64,000 nucleotides of DNA from positions 10,726,001-10,790,000 of the forward strand of contig JBHGNT010000013.1 in NCBI GenBank assembly GCA_043228905.1, written 5' to 3'. Under the pieces are notes generated by a model. That model searched no databases and was not told where the DNA came from. It saw only the letters and a list, made by a program, of their open reading frames with translations. Below, piece by piece: positions 62,001 to 64,000 of this stretch. Origin of the DNA: Azolla caroliniana (lineage: Eukaryota; Plantae; Polypodiophyta). A program made the position numbers and the translations under genes. Positions within the stretch are counted from its first letter, which is position 1. Each line of letters begins with the position of its first letter.

Positions 62001-63140
62001 CGGAACGTGTCGAACATCCTTCAGCAGCATTTTGCATCCGGTTGATGTCATCAGCCACACGTCTCCTATGCCGGCAATCCGGCACGTACCTTCATTTCCC
62101 ATCCGGACACAGCCATGCTCACCGGCTGTGTAGGATGAGAAGTATTTCTTCTCCGGGGTCAGGTGGAACGACGCTCCGGAATCGACCACCCAGGTCATCT
62201 CTTCTCCGGCAAGGTTCAGCTCCCTCTCTTCGGTAATGAGCATTATCTCTTCTTCACTTGCCGCGAGTGCCGTCGTTCCTTTCCGGTCCTGCCCTCGCCG
62301 ATCCGGACCTCTCCGGCCCGTGGCTCCCCGGTATGCACCGTTTCTCTCCGGTGACTTCTTCGAATCGGTGTCGTCGGCTCCGTTGTCCTTTCGGTAATGC
62401 CGACAATTCTTCCGGAAGTGCCCCGGCTTCCCACAGTGGAAGCATGTGGGTCTTCCTCTTGACTGCGACCGGGTCCCCGACTTCTCCCGTCTTTGCGGAC
62501 TCCGGTTCCATTGTCTTCCCCGATCCGATTCGGTAAGCAGCGCCTTCGTGTCGGAAGCCGGTTCTTTATCTCTCCGACGCGCTTCTTCGTTCAAAATACT
62601 TGTCTTTACCGTTTGTAAGGACAAGTTATCTTCGGTGCACGAGGTGCTGAGAGTCACCACCAAGTTCTCCCAGCTTTCCGGCAATGTACACATCAGGATG
62701 ATGGCTTGCATTGCATCCTCCAACGGGAACTTAATCGCCGCAAGCTGGTTCACGAATCCCATGAACGTGCTTACGTGTTCCACCATACTCTCGCCGTCCC
62801 GGTACTTGAGATTCACTATCTTCCTCATCAGGGAGGTCCGGTTCAACGCATTCTTCCTCTCGTAGAGGCCCGACAGCTTCTTCCACATCTCGTATGCGTT
62901 GGTGTCGTTCGCCACGTGTTGTAGGACGCTTACATCGACATATTGTCAGATCGTTGCTACGGCTTTCCGGTTCAGGAGCTTCCACTCCGACTCAAGTACC
63001 CCTTTCGGTATTTCCGACCTGTCAATCGGTTCGTACAGGTCCCGAACAATCAGAAGATCCTCCATCTTGATCTTCCAGTCGGCGTAGTTCTGCGCATTCA
63101 GCACCATCATCCCCGGCTGCCCGCTGCTGCCGCCTTCCAT
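59067..63140 (-). pseudogene. Gag-Pol of N with a single premature stop at 62946-62948
   Basis: Collinear with the G polyprotein. CGA (Arg) in G is TGA here. Confidence 0.92.
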
Positions 63141-64000
63141 TTTCTGCACTGCCGTCGCTCTGATACCAGTTTGTTGGGAATCACCGGTTTGATTCACCTT
63201 CTCCTCTCGGCCACAACCGAGTAATCGCGGATCAATGCAGCAGAAAATAGGAAATACAGAGATAGACGCGATACACAGGGATTAACGTGGAAAACCCTAT
63301 ACGGGAAAAACCACGGGAGTGCGAGACTCCAAACCAAACTATGCACAGAGAAATATACAATGGCGAGCTGCAAGGCGACGACCTTGAGCTCGCTGTCCTC
63401 GCCACAGGCGGCGGTATTACACAGAGGCGTCGACCTCTTCGTTTCTCTCTCTCTCTCTCTCTCTCGGCTGCTCTCACTCCGCTCTCTCCACTAGAACATA
63501 AAATGAGCAACCACAGAAACTGTTTGCCCTAAGTCATATTTATACACATATGACTTTCGGGCTATTTACAAATATAGCCTCAAGGGCTCTTGGCAAACAT
63601 ATTCACAAATATGTCCCCGCATCCGGATCTCTCTCCGGGTACATACATCATCCGGCTCCGTAGCCGGGGTCTTCGTCATCCGGTTCCGTAGCCGGGTCTT
63701 TGTCATCCGGCTCCGTAGCCGGGTCTTCATCATCCGGCTCCGTAGCCGGGTACTCTTCATCCGGCTTCATGCCGGGTACTATTCATCATCCGGTTCCGTA
63801 ACCGCAACCGGGCTTGCCGTCATTTATCTCCGGGGACATCCCATCCGGAGGGACCGAAATCCCAACAGAGATGACGCCATCGAGGGCGAGAAGACTGAAG
63901 ACGAGTTGGAGACAGCCAACACGGACGAGAGCGAAAACCGATCGGAGGTAGCCGAGTCGGTTCGGATGTTTGATTCAGATACGCTGAATCAACCGAGGCC

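Larger units (their letters stand above)
58361..63867 (-). mobile_element. Element N: full-length Copia, sister of G (LTRs 58361-59056 and 63172-63867)
   Basis: 696-bp LTRs with no difference seen. TSD GAGAT. iMet PBS and PPT present. Confidence 0.97.
54172..64000 (+). mobile_element. Element M: degenerate Copia (5' LTR 54172-54577, PBS 54578-54589, gag-pol 54661-~58150, RT largely deleted), interrupted by N; 3' end lies outside the window
   Basis: CWYCGKKGHRESEC, VDSGAS, RSDGGKEY and TDADW motifs. Stops and frameshifts present. The junction YKV|PSQFM at ~57548 removes the RT core. Confidence 0.9.

Overview
Eukaryotic land-plant DNA, probably a seed-free plant such as a fern (inferred from retroelement types, not proven). 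Bases 1-7.5 kb hold one host gene, a 7-coding-exon PUB62-like U-box E3 ligase on the minus strand. The remaining ~56 kb is a deeply nested LTR-retrotransposon cluster. I labelled the elements A-O and resolved most of them by LTR pairs and target-site duplications (TSDs). They include an intact Copia (G, 34821-40229), a near-intact sister copy (N, 58361-63867), an intact non-chromoviral Ty3/Gypsy (I, 46469-53529), non-autonomous elements (A, B, F), solo LTRs (D, E, H, L) and relics. The most striking signal is a Gypsy lineage (B, C, D, E, H, I, J, L) with otherwise divergent LTRs. Every readable target site of this lineage is a 4-bp N-CG-N sequence centred on CpG, whereas the other elements here have ordinary 5-bp TSDs. 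Where the relevant part survives, members also share a tRNA-Trp-type primer site, a conserved U5 motif, a D-H-G protease and a structure-supported -1 frameshift placed after the protease. Element A is a gag/pol-less LTR element carrying an 11-unit hairpin array, a predicted leader intron and one large unknown ORF. All comparisons were made by eye; no database searches were run.
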